From NCBI RefSeq assembly GCF_051058965.1, contig NZ_CP183924.1: a stretch of 64,000 bases of DNA, one strand, 5' to 3'. A program made the position numbers and the translations under genes. Origin of the DNA: Corallococcus exiguus (GTDB taxonomy: Bacteria > Myxococcota > Myxococcia > Myxococcales > Myxococcaceae). The notes beneath the pieces were generated by a model that saw nothing but the letters and a program-made list of their open reading frames with translations, was not told the origin of the DNA and ran no database searches. Numbering within the stretch: the stretch's first letter is position 1; each line of letters opens with the position of its first letter. Positions 1 through 10,028 of this stretch are shown here, piece by piece.

Positions 1-2578
1 GCAGCTCCACCTGGAGGAAGGACATGGGGTCCACGTAGGGGTTGCGCAGCGCGATGCTCCGCTGCAGCTGCGGGTTGTTGTCCAGCAGCTTCGCCTCGCC
101 CGTGAGCGACTTCACCGCGCGGCGCGTGCGGGAGTGCTCCTGCTGGATGCGCAGCCACAGGGGCCGCGTGGACGCGGGCGCCAGCTTCGCGTACCGCGCC
201 GCGATGGCCATGTCCGTCTTGGCCAGCACCATGGTCACGTTGTCGATGACCGTGCGGAAGAAGGGCCATTCCTTGTACATGCGCTGCAGGAGCGCCGCGC
301 CCTCCGGCGTGGCCGCGTATTCCTCGAGCGCGCTGCCCACGCCGTACCAGGCCGGGAGGATGGCGCGCGTCTGCGTCCACGCGAAGCTCCAGGGGATGGC
401 GCGCAGCGTGTCCAGCCCGCCCGCCTTGCGCTTGCTGGGGCGCGAGCCGATGGGCAGCGCGGAAATCTCATCCACCGGCGTGCCCTTCATGAAGAACTCC
501 ACGAAGCCCGGGTCCTCCCAGACGAGCCCGCGGTACGCCTTGCGGCCGGACTCCGCCAGCGCGTCGAAGGCGGCGCGGAAGGCGGACTCATCCTCCGGGG
601 ACGGGCGCGGCTGCGCGTCCAGCGTGTGCAGCAGCACGCCGCCCACCACCAGCTCCAGCGTGCGCTGGGTGAGCTCCGGGCGCGCGTACTTGTGGTCCAT
701 CGCCTCGCCCTGTTCGGTGGCCTTGTAGGCGCCGGCCACCGTGCCCGGCGGCAGCGCGAGGATGGCCGTCTGGGCGGGGCCGCCGCCGCGCGCCACCGTC
801 TCCCCTCGGCCGTGGAACAGGCGCAGGGGCACGTCGTTCTCGTCCGCCACCTGCGTGAGCGCCACCTGGGCGCGGTACAGCGCGGCGCTCGCGGCGAGCA
901 GGCCCACCTCCTTGCCGGAGTCGCTGTAGCCCACCATCACCTCCTGCACCCCACGGCCCTTCAGGTGCTGGCGGTACTCCGGATGCGCGAAGAGCTGGCG
1001 CAGCACGTCCGGGCCGCCGTCCAGCGCGCCCAGCTGCTCGAAGAGCGGCGCCACGTCCACGGTGGCGCACTGGAGCTTCGGGTCCCAGAGCCCCGCGTGC
1101 TTCAGGCACTGGAAGGCCGCCAGCACGTCGTCCGCGGTGGAGGCCATGGAGAGGATGAGCGTGCGGCACACGGACTCGCCGCCCTCGTCCTGGCCCTCGC
1201 GCAGCTTCGCCAGCACCTCCAGCAGCCGCTTGCCGCCTTCGGTGGGGGCCGGCCCGCCGTTGAAGGACGCCGCCGCGCTCACCGCGTCCTCCGCGGGGGC
1301 GCGCACCTCCAACTCGCCCAGGCCCAGGCCCAGCGCGCGGACGCGCTCGGACATGCGGCGCACCTCGCGCAGGCCCGCGTGCTCCGCGCGCGCCGCGAAG
1401 AGCGACCGCTCCAGCACCGCCAGGTCATCCCCCAGCGCCTCCGGCGAACGGTAGGCCTCGGCCCGCAGCGTGGACTCCCGCCCCTGCCGCCGCGCCAGCA
1501 CGTGCTCCAGCGCCAATGAAAGCCGCTCCTCCATGAAGCGCAGCTTGCGGCGCCAGGGCTCGCCCAGCGTGCGCGGGCCCTGCTGCTTCGCCACGTCCGG
1601 CAGCGCCTTCGCGTCCTCCTCCAGCGAGCGCTCCAACTCCTGCGTGGGGCGCGCGTGCCGCTCCGACTGGGACAGCATCCCGCCCAGCAGCTCCACGTCG
1701 CGCAGGAGCAACCGCAGGCCCCGGGCGCGGTGCGCGCGCAGCGTGTCCGCGAACACCTCCGGCGTCACCAGCGGGTTGCCGTCCATGTCGCCGCCCACCC
1801 ACGAGTGCACGCGCACGGGCGTGTCCAGCGCGCCCAGGGGCTCGCCGTAGGCGCGCTCGAAGGCCCAGTCCAGCGCCTCCGGCAGCCGGGCCACCGGCTC
1901 CGCCAGCATCTCCTCCACGTACCAGTGGACGTTCTTCACCTCGTCGCCCACGGTGGGGCGCTCGCGGCGCAGCTCGTCCGTCTGCCACAGCGCCGTGATC
2001 TCCTCGCGCATGGCGGTGAGGTTCGCGGCGGACTCGCGCGGGGTGAGCGTGCACCGGTCGCGCTCCTCCAACAGCTGCGCCAGCCGGTAGAGCTTCTCCA
2101 AGAGCGTGCGGCGCACCGCCTGGGTCGGGTGCGCGGTGAACGTCAGCGTCACCTTCAGCGTCCCCAGCGTTTCACGCACCTTGTCGGCGCTGACGCCCGC
2201 GGCCTTCAGCGCCAGCAGCGTCGACTCCAGCGACCCCTTCTGGGGCCGGGTGGAGGTGGGGCTCGCGTGGGCCCGCGCGCGGCGGATGCGGTGGTGCTGC
2301 TCCGCCAGATTCACCAGCTGGAAGTAGACGGAGAAGGCGCGCAGCACCGGCTCCACCTGATCCGACGGCAGCCGCCGCAACACCGCCGCCAGCTCCGCCG
2401 CCGCGGCGCGTCGTCCGGCCACCGGGCCCCGCCGCCGCTGGATGGCCAGGTGGCGGACCTCCTCCTCCTTGTCGAACAGGGCCTGCCCCTCCTGTTCCAC
2501 CAACACCTCACCCAACAACCGGCCCAAGAGCCGGACATCCCGCCGCAGCGGGGGATCCACGGGACGTGAACGCGCCAT
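1..2578 (-). CDS. ppc: phosphoenolpyruvate carboxylase, 3'-partial (C-terminus runs off window start)
   Basis: Manual reverse-strand translation from ATG at ~2578 gives MARSRPVDPPLRRDVRLLGRLLGEVLVEQEG..., the canonical PEPC N-terminus. Frame is open to position 1, where the window-edge translation reads ...SIALRNPYVDPMSFLQVEL (a C-terminal-region stretch); the protein continues beyond the window. High GC3. Absent from the ORF track because no stop lies inside the window. Confidence 0.85.
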   Translation of the reverse strand, partial: MARSRPVDPPLRRDVRLLGRLLGEVLVEQEGQALFDKEEEVRHLAIQRRRGPVAGRRAAAAELAAVLRRLPSDQVEPVLRAFSVYFQLVNLAEQHHRIRRARAHASPTSTRPQKGSLESTLLALKAAGVSADKVRETLGTLKVTLTFTAHPTQAVRRTLLEKLYRLAQLLEERDRCTLTPRESAANLTAMREEITALWQTDELRRERPTVGDEVKNVHWYVEEMLAEPVARLPEALDWAFERAYGEPLGALDTPVRVHSWVGGDMDGNPLVTPEVFADTLRAHRARGLRLLLRDVELLGGMLSQSERHARPTQELERSLEEDAKALPDVAKQQGPRTLGEPWRRKLRFMEERLSLALEHVLARRQGRESTLRAEAYRSPEALGDDLAVLERSLFAARAEHAGLREVRRMSERVRALGLGLGELEVRAPAEDAVSAAASFNGGPAPTEGGKRLLEVLAKLREGQDEGGESVCRTLILSMASTADDVLAAFQCLKHAGLWDPKLQCATVDVAPLFEQLGALDGGPDVLRQLFAHPEYRQHLKGRGVQEVMVGYSDSGKEVGLLAASAALYRAQVALTQVADENDVPLRLFHGRGETVARGGGPAQTAILALPPGTVAGAYKATEQGEAMDHKYARPELTQRTLELVVGGVLLHTLDAQPRPSPEDESAFRAAFDALAESGRKAYRGLVWEDPGFVEFFMKGTPVDEISALPIGSRPSKRKAGGLDTLRAIPWSFAWTQTRAILPAWYGVGSALEEYAATPEGAALLQRMYKEWPFFRTVIDNVTMVLAKTDMAIAARYAKLAPASTRPLWLRIQQEHSRTRRAVKSLTGEAKLLDNNPQLQRSIALRNPYVDPMSFLQVEL

Positions 2579-2779
2579 AACGGACCGGAACCGTAGTCCT
2601 TTGGCCCCCCACCGCCCCTACCGATTCTCGAATTTTCGACCGCCAGCCGACGGATGACCCACTCCGTCCTTGCAGGAAAAATTCAACCTCCCGGTCTTCC
2701 CAAAGAGTCGAGGCTTCCACTAGAAAGTGGGCACTCCCGGACCCCGCCGGGATGTCTGACCTGACCCAAAGGAGTGGCA

Positions 2780-5131
2780 ATGCGGAAAAACCCATCTTGG
2801 CTGGCCCTGGGCCTGCTGACGCTCGCGGCGCCGACGGCGTACGCGGAGCGCGCGTGGTACGAGAAGCCGCAACCCGACGTCGCCGCGCCATCCACCAAGC
2901 TGCGCCAGGCGGTTGTCCAGGACATCACGGACGACCTGCCCCACCGTCTGGGTGAGCAGCAGAAGGAGCTCAAGGCGCAGGCGCTGCAGATGCGTCTGGA
3001 GGGTCGTGGTCAGCCGGGCCGCGTGCAGAAGCTGGCCAACGGCAAGTTCGTGGAGCTGGAGCTGCAGCGCACGGACCGCATCTTCGTCATCCTGGTGGAG
3101 TACGGCACGCAGATCCACCCGGTGTTCGGCAACCCCGCCACCAACCCGGGCGGCAACATCCCCGGCCCGCTGCACAACGCGATTCCGGGCCCGGACCGCA
3201 CGGTGGACAACACCACCATCTGGCAGCCGGACTACAACCGCGAGCACTTCGAAAAGCTCTACTTCGACACCACGCCCGGCGCGGACTCGGTGGCGAACTT
3301 CTACAAGGCCGCGTCCTCCGGCCGCTACACCGTGTCCGGCACGGTGTCCGAGTGGGTGAAGGTGCCGTACAACGCCGCCCGCTACGGCAACAACCTTTGC
3401 GGCAGCTCCAGCTGCTCCAACTCCATCTGGCCGCTCGTCAGCGACGCCATCAAGGCGTGGACCAACGCCCAGCTGGCCGCTGGCAAGACGCCCGCGGAGA
3501 TCAAGGCGTACCTGGACACGTTCGACACGTGGGACCGGTACGACTACGACGGCGACGGCAACTTCGACGAGCCGGACGGCTACATCGACCACTTCCAGAT
3601 CGTCCACGCCGGCATGGGTGAGGAAGTCGGCGGCGGCGCGCAGGGCCCCAACGCCGTGTGGAGCCACCGCTGGTTCGCGTACAGCAACGGCACGAGCGCG
3701 GACGGCATCGGCCCCGCGTACAACCAGAACGGCGGCACGCGCTTCGGGACGGGCATCGACAAGTGGGTGGGCGACTACACCATCCAGCCGGAGAACGGCG
3801 GTCTGGGTGTGTTCGCGCACGAGTACGGCCACGACCTGGGCCTGCCGGACCACTACGACACGACGAACGCGGCGGACAACGGGACGGGCTTCTGGACCAT
3901 CATGTCGTCCGGCTCGTACCTGAACGACGGCACCCAGGACATTGGCAGCCGTCCGGGTGACTTCTTCGCCTGGGACAAGCTGCAGCTGGGCTGGCTGGAC
4001 TACGCCACCACGGATGCGGGCCTGTACTCGTACCACAACCTGGGCCCCGCGGAGGTCACGTCCCAGAACGCGAAGCAGGCGCTCGTGGTGAAGCTGCCCG
4101 GCAAGCCCGTGGTGCAGCCCACCACCGCCCCGTTCGAGGGCCAGGGCATGTGGCAGGGCGGCCAGGGCAACAACCTGGACCGCGTGCTCGAGAAGACGGT
4201 GAAGCTGCCGAACAAGAAGCCCATCACCTTCTCCTTCCAGACCTGGTTCGACATCGAGGAGGACTGGGACTACGCCTACGTCGCCCTCTCCGTGGACGGT
4301 GGCCCGTTCACCAACCTGGCCAGCCCGGTGAGCCGCACCACGAACCCGTGGGGCAACAACCTGGGCAACGGCATCACCGGCACGTCCGGTGGTTGGATTC
4401 CCCTGGAGTTCGACCTGTCCGCCTACGCGGGCAAGAGCGTCACGCTGAAGATCCGCTACAAGACGGACGCGGCGGAGTTCAACAAGGGCTTCCTGGTGGA
4501 CTACGTGCAGCTGTGGGCGAAGAACACCTACGTCTTTGGTGACGACGGTGAGTGGGGCCACAAGTGGTGGGACAAGTCGACGTTCTTCGTGACGGACGGC
4601 ACCAACACCCTCTACGACAACTACTACCTGGCCGAGTGGCGCCAGTTCCGCGGCTACGACGAGGGTCTGGCCACGGGTCCCTACAACTTCGGCTTCAGCT
4701 CGGATGGCCTGGTGGATTGGGCGGAGCGCTACTCGTACAACCCCGGCCTGCTGATCACCTACTGGGACACGTCGCAGTCGAACAACAACGTGTCTCAGCA
4801 CCCGGGTTCGGGCCGCATCCTGCCCATCGACTCGCGCCCGCAGCCCCTGCAGCGCAGCGACGGCCGCTACTGGTCCGGCCGCGTGCAGACGCACGACGCG
4901 ACGTTCGGCCTGGAGCCCAGCTTCCCGCTGTCGCTCAAGCCGAACGGCTTCCCGCGCAACGAGTACGCCTCGCAGCCCGCGGTGCCGGTGTTCAACGACA
5001 CGAACGAGTTCTGGTACGCCACGCAGCCGTACGGCGGCGTGAAGGTCCCGAAGACGGGCACCATCATCGAGGTGCTGTCGACGAACCCGGCCCAGACCGT
5101 GATGCAGGTCCAGGTGCGCCCGGTCGAGTAG
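2780..5131 (+). CDS. secreted M6-family (immune inhibitor A-like) zinc metalloprotease with signal peptide
   Basis: ORF 2774..5131. AAGGAG RBS ~6 nt before ATG 2780 (MRKNPSWLALGLLTLAAPTAYA signal peptide). HEYGHDLGLPDHYD matches the M6 HExxHxxGxxD zinc-binding motif. ~784 aa, typical InhA size. Confidence 0.85.
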   Translation: MRKNPSWLALGLLTLAAPTAYAERAWYEKPQPDVAAPSTKLRQAVVQDITDDLPHRLGEQQKELKAQALQMRLEGRGQPGRVQKLANGKFVELELQRTDRIFVILVEYGTQIHPVFGNPATNPGGNIPGPLHNAIPGPDRTVDNTTIWQPDYNREHFEKLYFDTTPGADSVANFYKAASSGRYTVSGTVSEWVKVPYNAARYGNNLCGSSSCSNSIWPLVSDAIKAWTNAQLAAGKTPAEIKAYLDTFDTWDRYDYDGDGNFDEPDGYIDHFQIVHAGMGEEVGGGAQGPNAVWSHRWFAYSNGTSADGIGPAYNQNGGTRFGTGIDKWVGDYTIQPENGGLGVFAHEYGHDLGLPDHYDTTNAADNGTGFWTIMSSGSYLNDGTQDIGSRPGDFFAWDKLQLGWLDYATTDAGLYSYHNLGPAEVTSQNAKQALVVKLPGKPVVQPTTAPFEGQGMWQGGQGNNLDRVLEKTVKLPNKKPITFSFQTWFDIEEDWDYAYVALSVDGGPFTNLASPVSRTTNPWGNNLGNGITGTSGGWIPLEFDLSAYAGKSVTLKIRYKTDAAEFNKGFLVDYVQLWAKNTYVFGDDGEWGHKWWDKSTFFVTDGTNTLYDNYYLAEWRQFRGYDEGLATGPYNFGFSSDGLVDWAERYSYNPGLLITYWDTSQSNNNVSQHPGSGRILPIDSRPQPLQRSDGRYWSGRVQTHDATFGLEPSFPLSLKPNGFPRNEYASQPAVPVFNDTNEFWYATQPYGGVKVPKTGTIIEVLSTNPAQTVMQVQVRPVE

Positions 5132-5166
5132 TCCTCTGACCGTCGTCACCGCTGAGCAGTGAAGGA

Positions 5167-5212
5167 GGGCCGGTCCCGCGTCGATGCGGGGCCGGCCTTT
5201 CGCTTTTCGGGT
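5167..5212 (+). terminator. Rho-independent terminator downstream of the M6 protease gene
   Basis: GC-rich imperfect hairpin GGGCCGGTCCCGCG-tcga-TGCGGGGCCGGCC (one wobble) followed by TTTCGCTTTTCGGG, 35 nt after the stop codon. Confidence 0.5.
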
Positions 5213-5280
5213 TGAAGGAATCCGGACACCCGGGGCGCGGCCGTTGATGACGGACGCGCGGGGGACGCTACGGTGCCCGC

Positions 5281-6246
5281 ATGGCCGAGTGCCCCGTGGG
5301 CGGTCCCGCCTCCCCTTCCCCTCCTCCCGAGCCGCCCTCCGAAGTCGCGCGAACCGTGGCGCTGGAGTCCGCGGATCCGCTCTCCGTGCTCAACCAGGCG
5401 TTCCGCGACGCGTACGCCGCGCGCCGTGAGGCCGTGCTGTCCCGCATGGGGCCCGTCATCGCGCAGATCGACGACGTGCTCATCCTGCGCAAGGGCGGCC
5501 AGCGCTTCGAGGCGCCCGCGCGCACGCGCCGCTACCACGTGTCCAAGGCCGTCACCCACGTGCCCCTCGCGCTCCACGTCCTGCTCGCCAGCAAGGACGC
5601 GCTCGATGAAGAGACGCGCACGCGGCTCACCACGATGCGACGGCTCATCACCGCCTCGCGCATGAGCCTGGACAACAGAGGCCTTCCGGCCGAAGCCCTG
5701 GCGCGGCAGCACCGCCTGCTCGACGCGTCGCTCGCGCTCGTGGACGGCGTGCTGGCGGCGAACCGGGTGACGCAGGCGGAGCTCTCCGCGTTCATCCACG
5801 CCCGGGTGCCAGACCTCCTGAAGAACGCCGAGGACGCGGCGAAGGATCAGATCGACACCATGCATGCCTCGGTCGAGGCGTGGAAACGACAGATGACCGC
5901 CGAGGAGCGCGGTCAGCTGCGCGCCGTGGTGGCCGCCTCGCACATGTCGCGGCCCGGCAACGTGGCCGCGCAGTACTTCTCCATCACCCTGGGCGACACG
6001 TGGGAGGGGCGCTTCCACGAGGAGGATCAACAGCCCGGCAAGCGCGTGCTCACCTCGGAGGCGACGTTCGACGAGCCCGCGGCGTTCGCGCTGCTCGCCA
6101 CGCATGTGCTGGACGCGAACACGTCACGCGGCATCTTCGGCGAGGAGACGCGCATGGCCAGGGATCTGCTCGCGGACGCGGCCGAGCGCATCCTCGCGGG
6201 CATGTTCCAGACATCACCCCAATCGCCCGGCACGGGCGCGCCGTAG
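5281..6246 (+). CDS. hypothetical cytoplasmic protein (no recognisable domain)
   Basis: 321-aa ORF with strong GC3 bias. No motif recognised. True start may be downstream of the listed ATG. Confidence 0.5.
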   Translation: MAECPVGGPASPSPPPEPPSEVARTVALESADPLSVLNQAFRDAYAARREAVLSRMGPVIAQIDDVLILRKGGQRFEAPARTRRYHVSKAVTHVPLALHVLLASKDALDEETRTRLTTMRRLITASRMSLDNRGLPAEALARQHRLLDASLALVDGVLAANRVTQAELSAFIHARVPDLLKNAEDAAKDQIDTMHASVEAWKRQMTAEERGQLRAVVAASHMSRPGNVAAQYFSITLGDTWEGRFHEEDQQPGKRVLTSEATFDEPAAFALLATHVLDANTSRGIFGEETRMARDLLADAAERILAGMFQTSPQSPGTGAP

Positions 6247-6250
6247 CGGC

Positions 6251-7954
6251 TCAGGAGCGCGTGAGCGGAAGCTCCACCATGAACGTCGCGCCCTCGCCCA
6301 GGCGGCTGTCCAGGGACACGCGCCCGCCCTCGGCCTCCACGATGGTGCGGGTGAGGTAGAGCCCCAAACCCAGGCCGCCATAGTGGCGCTCGGACACCGC
6401 TCGGCAGTAGCGCTCGAAGAGGCGGGGCCGCTGCTCCGGCGAGATGCCGATGCCCCCGTCGCGCACCGTGAGCCGCGCCACGGGCCCATCCGCCACGAGC
6501 CGCACGGACACCGGTGTACCGGGGCCGTACTTGAGGGCGTTGTCCAGCAGGTGATCCAACACCTGCGCCAGCCGCACCCGGTCGAAGCAGCCGCGCACCG
6601 ACTCCGGGGCTTCCACCTGGAACTCGCAGTGCTCCAGGACGAACCTGGGCGCGAACGTCGCGGCCACCTCGCGCACCACCTCCGCGACGTCCACCTCCTC
6701 GCGCTGCAGGCGGAAGGTGCCGGCGCTGATGCGCGACACGTCCAGCAGGTCGTTCATCAGCTCCGTGAGCCGGCGGACCTGGCGGTGCCCCGTCTCCACG
6801 TGGGCTTCGATGATCGGCACGAGCGGCGAGTCCGGATGCGACTTCACCGCGCGCGACAGCGCCTGGAGCTTCAGGCTCAGCGGCGTCAGCGGCGTCTTCA
6901 GCTCGTGGCTCGCGACAGAGAGGAACTCGTCGCGCAGGCGGATGGCCTCGCGTGCGCCCTGGAGCAGCCGCGCGTTGTCCACCGCGAGCCCGGCCAGGTT
7001 CGCCAGCTCCTGGGCGAACCGCAGGTCCTCGTCGCCATACCGGCGGCTGGAGGTGGTGACCAGGAAGGACAGCGCGCCCAGGATGTGGCCCCGGGCCATG
7101 ATTGGCACGGTGAGCAGCGAACGGATGCCCACCCGCCGCATCGTCTCCAGATGATCCGCGTCCTGCGCCACGGACTGCATCACCGCGTCCGTGACCTCCG
7201 TCGCCAGGGTGGACCGGCCGGTCGCCAGCGCCACCGCGGGAGGATAGACGGGCCGCTCCCGAGGCACCGGCGTCAGCCGCTGTACGGTGGCCGCGAGCGG
7301 CGCCTGGGAGGGATCCGCCGACACCACCTGGACGCGCTCGAAGTGGCCGTCCGCGCGCAGCACGTCCACGATGCACCAGTCCGCGAGCGCCGACACCGAC
7401 AGGTTCGCCAGCGACGCCAGCGACTCCTGCGTGGCGGAGGCATCCAGCGACGACGCGAACAACTCGCTGGCCCGCGCGAGGAACGCGGCGCGCTCCTCAC
7501 CCAGGACCTGCGCCTGGATGTCGATGCAGGTGCCCACCCATTCGTGCACGGAGCCATCCGGCCCCAGCACGGGAATGCTCCGCGCGAGCATCCACACGTA
7601 AGCCCCGTCCACGCGGCGCAGCCGGTAGCGAGTGGCGAAGGGCTGCGTCCCCTCCCTGGCCCGCTCCCACGCCGCCAGGGCCCCGGCCCGGTCATCCGGG
7701 TGCAGGGCGAGGAGCCATCCCTGGTTGCGCATCTGCTCCTCCGTCTGGCCGGTGAAGGCCGTCCACGACGGAGAGATGGGCGCCAGCGCATCCCTGGCGG
7801 GGTTCGTCGACCAGGTGACCTGCGCCGCGGTCTCCAGCAGCCGGCGGAGCCGCTCGGCTTCCTGGCGCAGTTGGGCCACCTCCTCGCGCAGGGCGACCTC
7901 GGCGCCGGCGGGAGGCGTGGAGACGCGGCTCGGGTCCAGCAGGGGAGACGTCAT
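6251..7954 (-). CDS. sensor histidine kinase with PAS and GAF domains (cytoplasmic)
   Basis: 567 aa. PAS-like N-terminus, GAF region, H-box SHELKTPLTPL, C-terminal HATPase_c (GGLGLGLYL, GEGATFMVELP). No transmembrane segment. Confidence 0.8.
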   Translation of the reverse strand: MTSPLLDPSRVSTPPAGAEVALREEVAQLRQEAERLRRLLETAAQVTWSTNPARDALAPISPSWTAFTGQTEEQMRNQGWLLALHPDDRAGALAAWERAREGTQPFATRYRLRRVDGAYVWMLARSIPVLGPDGSVHEWVGTCIDIQAQVLGEERAAFLARASELFASSLDASATQESLASLANLSVSALADWCIVDVLRADGHFERVQVVSADPSQAPLAATVQRLTPVPRERPVYPPAVALATGRSTLATEVTDAVMQSVAQDADHLETMRRVGIRSLLTVPIMARGHILGALSFLVTTSSRRYGDEDLRFAQELANLAGLAVDNARLLQGAREAIRLRDEFLSVASHELKTPLTPLSLKLQALSRAVKSHPDSPLVPIIEAHVETGHRQVRRLTELMNDLLDVSRISAGTFRLQREEVDVAEVVREVAATFAPRFVLEHCEFQVEAPESVRGCFDRVRLAQVLDHLLDNALKYGPGTPVSVRLVADGPVARLTVRDGGIGISPEQRPRLFERYCRAVSERHYGGLGLGLYLTRTIVEAEGGRVSLDSRLGEGATFMVELPLTRS

Positions 7955-7963
7955 CGCGGCGCC

Positions 7964-8980
7964 TCAGTACACGTTGTACTTGGCGCGAAGCGCTTCGTGC
8001 TCCTGCGCGTTGCGCGACGGGTGCAGGACCTTCTGCGCGTCATGCAGGTAGTACCAGTAGTCGCTCTTCACCGGCCGCAGCGCAGCGAGCAGCGAGTCCA
8101 CCGTGGGCGCGCCAATGGGGCCCGGCGGCAAGCCCGCGCGGGTGCGCGAGTTCCACGGATCCGAGCTGTCCCGCAGCCGCTTGAGGAACGCCTTGCGGTC
8201 GTTCCACTCCGCCAGTTCGTAGCGGCTGGTGGCGTCCACGCCCAGCGGGGAGCCCTTGTCCACGCGCTTCCAGAGGATGCCCGCGACGAGCGCGCGCTGG
8301 GAGGGCACCGGCTCCTCGCGCTCCAGCATGGAGGCCATCACGACGATGTCGTGCAGCGACCGGCCGCTCTTGCCGATCTCATCCTTGTGCTGGTCGTAGA
8401 AGCGGGCGCGGAAGGTGTCGATCTGCCGCTGGATGAATGCGTCCACCTTGAAGTTGTCCGCGATGATCCCGTACGTCTCCGGGTAGAGGTAGCCCTCCAG
8501 GCTGCGCACAGGCATTGGGAACGGCGCGGTGAAGTTGCTCGTGCGGCTGGCCGCGGCGATGTACTCGCCCGGCTTGATGAGGCCCTGGGCGGCGAGCACC
8601 TGGTCGGTGTCGCGCAGGCGCCAGCCTTCAATCATCGCGAAGGGCACGTCCTCCGGCAGCGGCTGGCCTTCCAGGGCGTTGGCCAGCTCCGCCACGGACG
8701 CCGTGGGGCTGAGCATGAAGCGGCCCGCCTTCACGTTGAGGCTGCCCCGGCGCCACAGGTGGAAGCGCCACACTGCGGGATTCTCCAGGAAGCCCTGGGA
8801 CTGGAGCTGCTGGCCCAGCGAGCGCGCGGACGCGCCCTTCTTCACCACGAACTCCTTGGGAGCCGGATCCGCTGCTGCGTGCGGCGCGGTGGTGGCGTTC
8901 TGGAAGTGCATGAACACGCCGCCTGCACCCGCGACCGCCAGGACGATGAGCACGAGGAGCGCGACCAGGATCTTCTTCAT
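7964..8980 (-). CDS. mltG: endolytic murein transglycosylase MltG (YceG-like)
   Basis: Internal start MKKILVALLVLIVLAVAGAGG gives an N-terminal TM anchor followed by a YceG-like domain (…GYLYPETY…, LASDP-like region). The listed ORF 7964..9280 over-extends upstream from an alternative GTG. Confidence 0.8.
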   Translation of the reverse strand: MKKILVALLVLIVLAVAGAGGVFMHFQNATTAPHAAADPAPKEFVVKKGASARSLGQQLQSQGFLENPAVWRFHLWRRGSLNVKAGRFMLSPTASVAELANALEGQPLPEDVPFAMIEGWRLRDTDQVLAAQGLIKPGEYIAAASRTSNFTAPFPMPVRSLEGYLYPETYGIIADNFKVDAFIQRQIDTFRARFYDQHKDEIGKSGRSLHDIVVMASMLEREEPVPSQRALVAGILWKRVDKGSPLGVDATSRYELAEWNDRKAFLKRLRDSSDPWNSRTRAGLPPGPIGAPTVDSLLAALRPVKSDYWYYLHDAQKVLHPSRNAQEHEALRAKYNVY

Positions 8981-9113
8981 GGGGCGGCAACCTATCAAAG
9001 GCCCTGACGCTTCCAACGAGAACCACCGTGCGCCCTGCCGGGCAGGCGGACGCAAGCGCCCCCTTCTCAACACCCAGCGATGAAGGCGCCCCTCCTCCCG
9101 CGCCTCGTCTAGG

Positions 9114-10028
9114 ATGACGCCCTTGTTCGTCGACCCCCGCCGGCTCGAAACCTTCCGCGTCGTCGCCTCGACGGGGCAGATCTCCGCCGCCTCCCGCCTG
9201 CTCCACCTGTCACAGCCCGCCGTCACCGCGCAGGTCCGGCAACTGGAGGCGGACTGCGGCCAACCGCTCCTCGTACGCACGGCACGCGGGGTGCGGCTGA
9301 ACGCGGCGGGGCGTGTGCTCTTCGACTACGCCCAGCGCATCCATGGCCTGCTGGACGAGGCGGCGCTCGCCATCGCGGCCGAGGAGACCCTCACCGGAGA
9401 GCTGGCGCTGGCGGCGAGCACCACCGTCGCCAATGCCATCGTGCCCGGCCTGCTGGCGTCCTTCCTGCGCACGCACCGTGAGCTCCAGGTTCGTCTGGAA
9501 GTGGGCAATACGCGCGAGGTGCTGACGTGGTTGTCGGAGGGCCGGGTGCCGCTCGGGCTGGTGGAGGGGCACGCGCGGGCGCCCGGCATCCGGCTGGAGC
9601 GCTACCTGGATGACGAGCTGGTGCCGGTGGTCTCGTCACAGGGGCCGGCGGAGTGGTCGCGGATCCGCACCATGGAGGCGCTGCGGGAGGTGCCGCTGCT
9701 GTGGCGCGAGCAGGGCTCCGGTACACGCGCCGTGCTGGACCGGGCCCTGCGCAAGGCAGGCGTGCGCAAAGGGCCCCGACGCGGAGACCTCCAGCTGGGC
9801 AGCACCGAGGCGATCAAACGGGCCGTGTCGCTGGGCCTGGGCGTGGCACTGCTGTCCCGCTGGAGCATCGACGGAGAGCTGTCCCTGGGCCGCTTCCAGG
9901 TGTTGCCCGTGCCAGGGCTGCGCATCCCGCGAGCGTTCTCCTGGGCCCTGCCCGTGGATGATCCGTCCGGAGCCGCGGGCCGCTTCCTGCGCCATGCCCG
10001 CGCCACGCCCCCGGTGCTGCTGCCCTGA
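9114..10028 (+). CDS. LysR-family transcriptional regulator
   Basis: N-terminal HTH (LETFRVVASTGQISAASRLLHLSQPAVTAQVRQLE) plus LysR substrate-binding domain. 304 aa. Confidence 0.85.
   Translation: MTPLFVDPRRLETFRVVASTGQISAASRLLHLSQPAVTAQVRQLEADCGQPLLVRTARGVRLNAAGRVLFDYAQRIHGLLDEAALAIAAEETLTGELALAASTTVANAIVPGLLASFLRTHRELQVRLEVGNTREVLTWLSEGRVPLGLVEGHARAPGIRLERYLDDELVPVVSSQGPAEWSRIRTMEALREVPLLWREQGSGTRAVLDRALRKAGVRKGPRRGDLQLGSTEAIKRAVSLGLGVALLSRWSIDGELSLGRFQVLPVPGLRIPRAFSWALPVDDPSGAAGRFLRHARATPPVLLP

Noticed and set aside
134-1519. 461-aa + strand ORF (and 42..728, 1655..2569) across the ppc region
   Set aside because: Arg/Ala/Leu/Gly-rich translation with no start context. They lie antisense or out of frame to a clearly recognisable PEPC coding frame. 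These are typical high-GC shadow ORFs.
2700-2760. Possible sigma-54 promoter (TGGGCAC...) upstream of the M6 protease gene
   Set aside because: Only the -24 GG-like half is present. No TTGC(A) -12 element at the correct spacing.
2720-5149. 809-aa minus-strand ORF opposite the M6 protease gene
   Set aside because: Antisense shadow of a gene with an unambiguous HExxH metalloprotease motif and signal peptide. Low-complexity R/V/A/G composition.
6104-9007. 967-aa + strand ORF spanning the histidine kinase and mltG loci
   Set aside because: Antisense to two well-supported genes. Composition is typical of a GC-rich non-coding frame.
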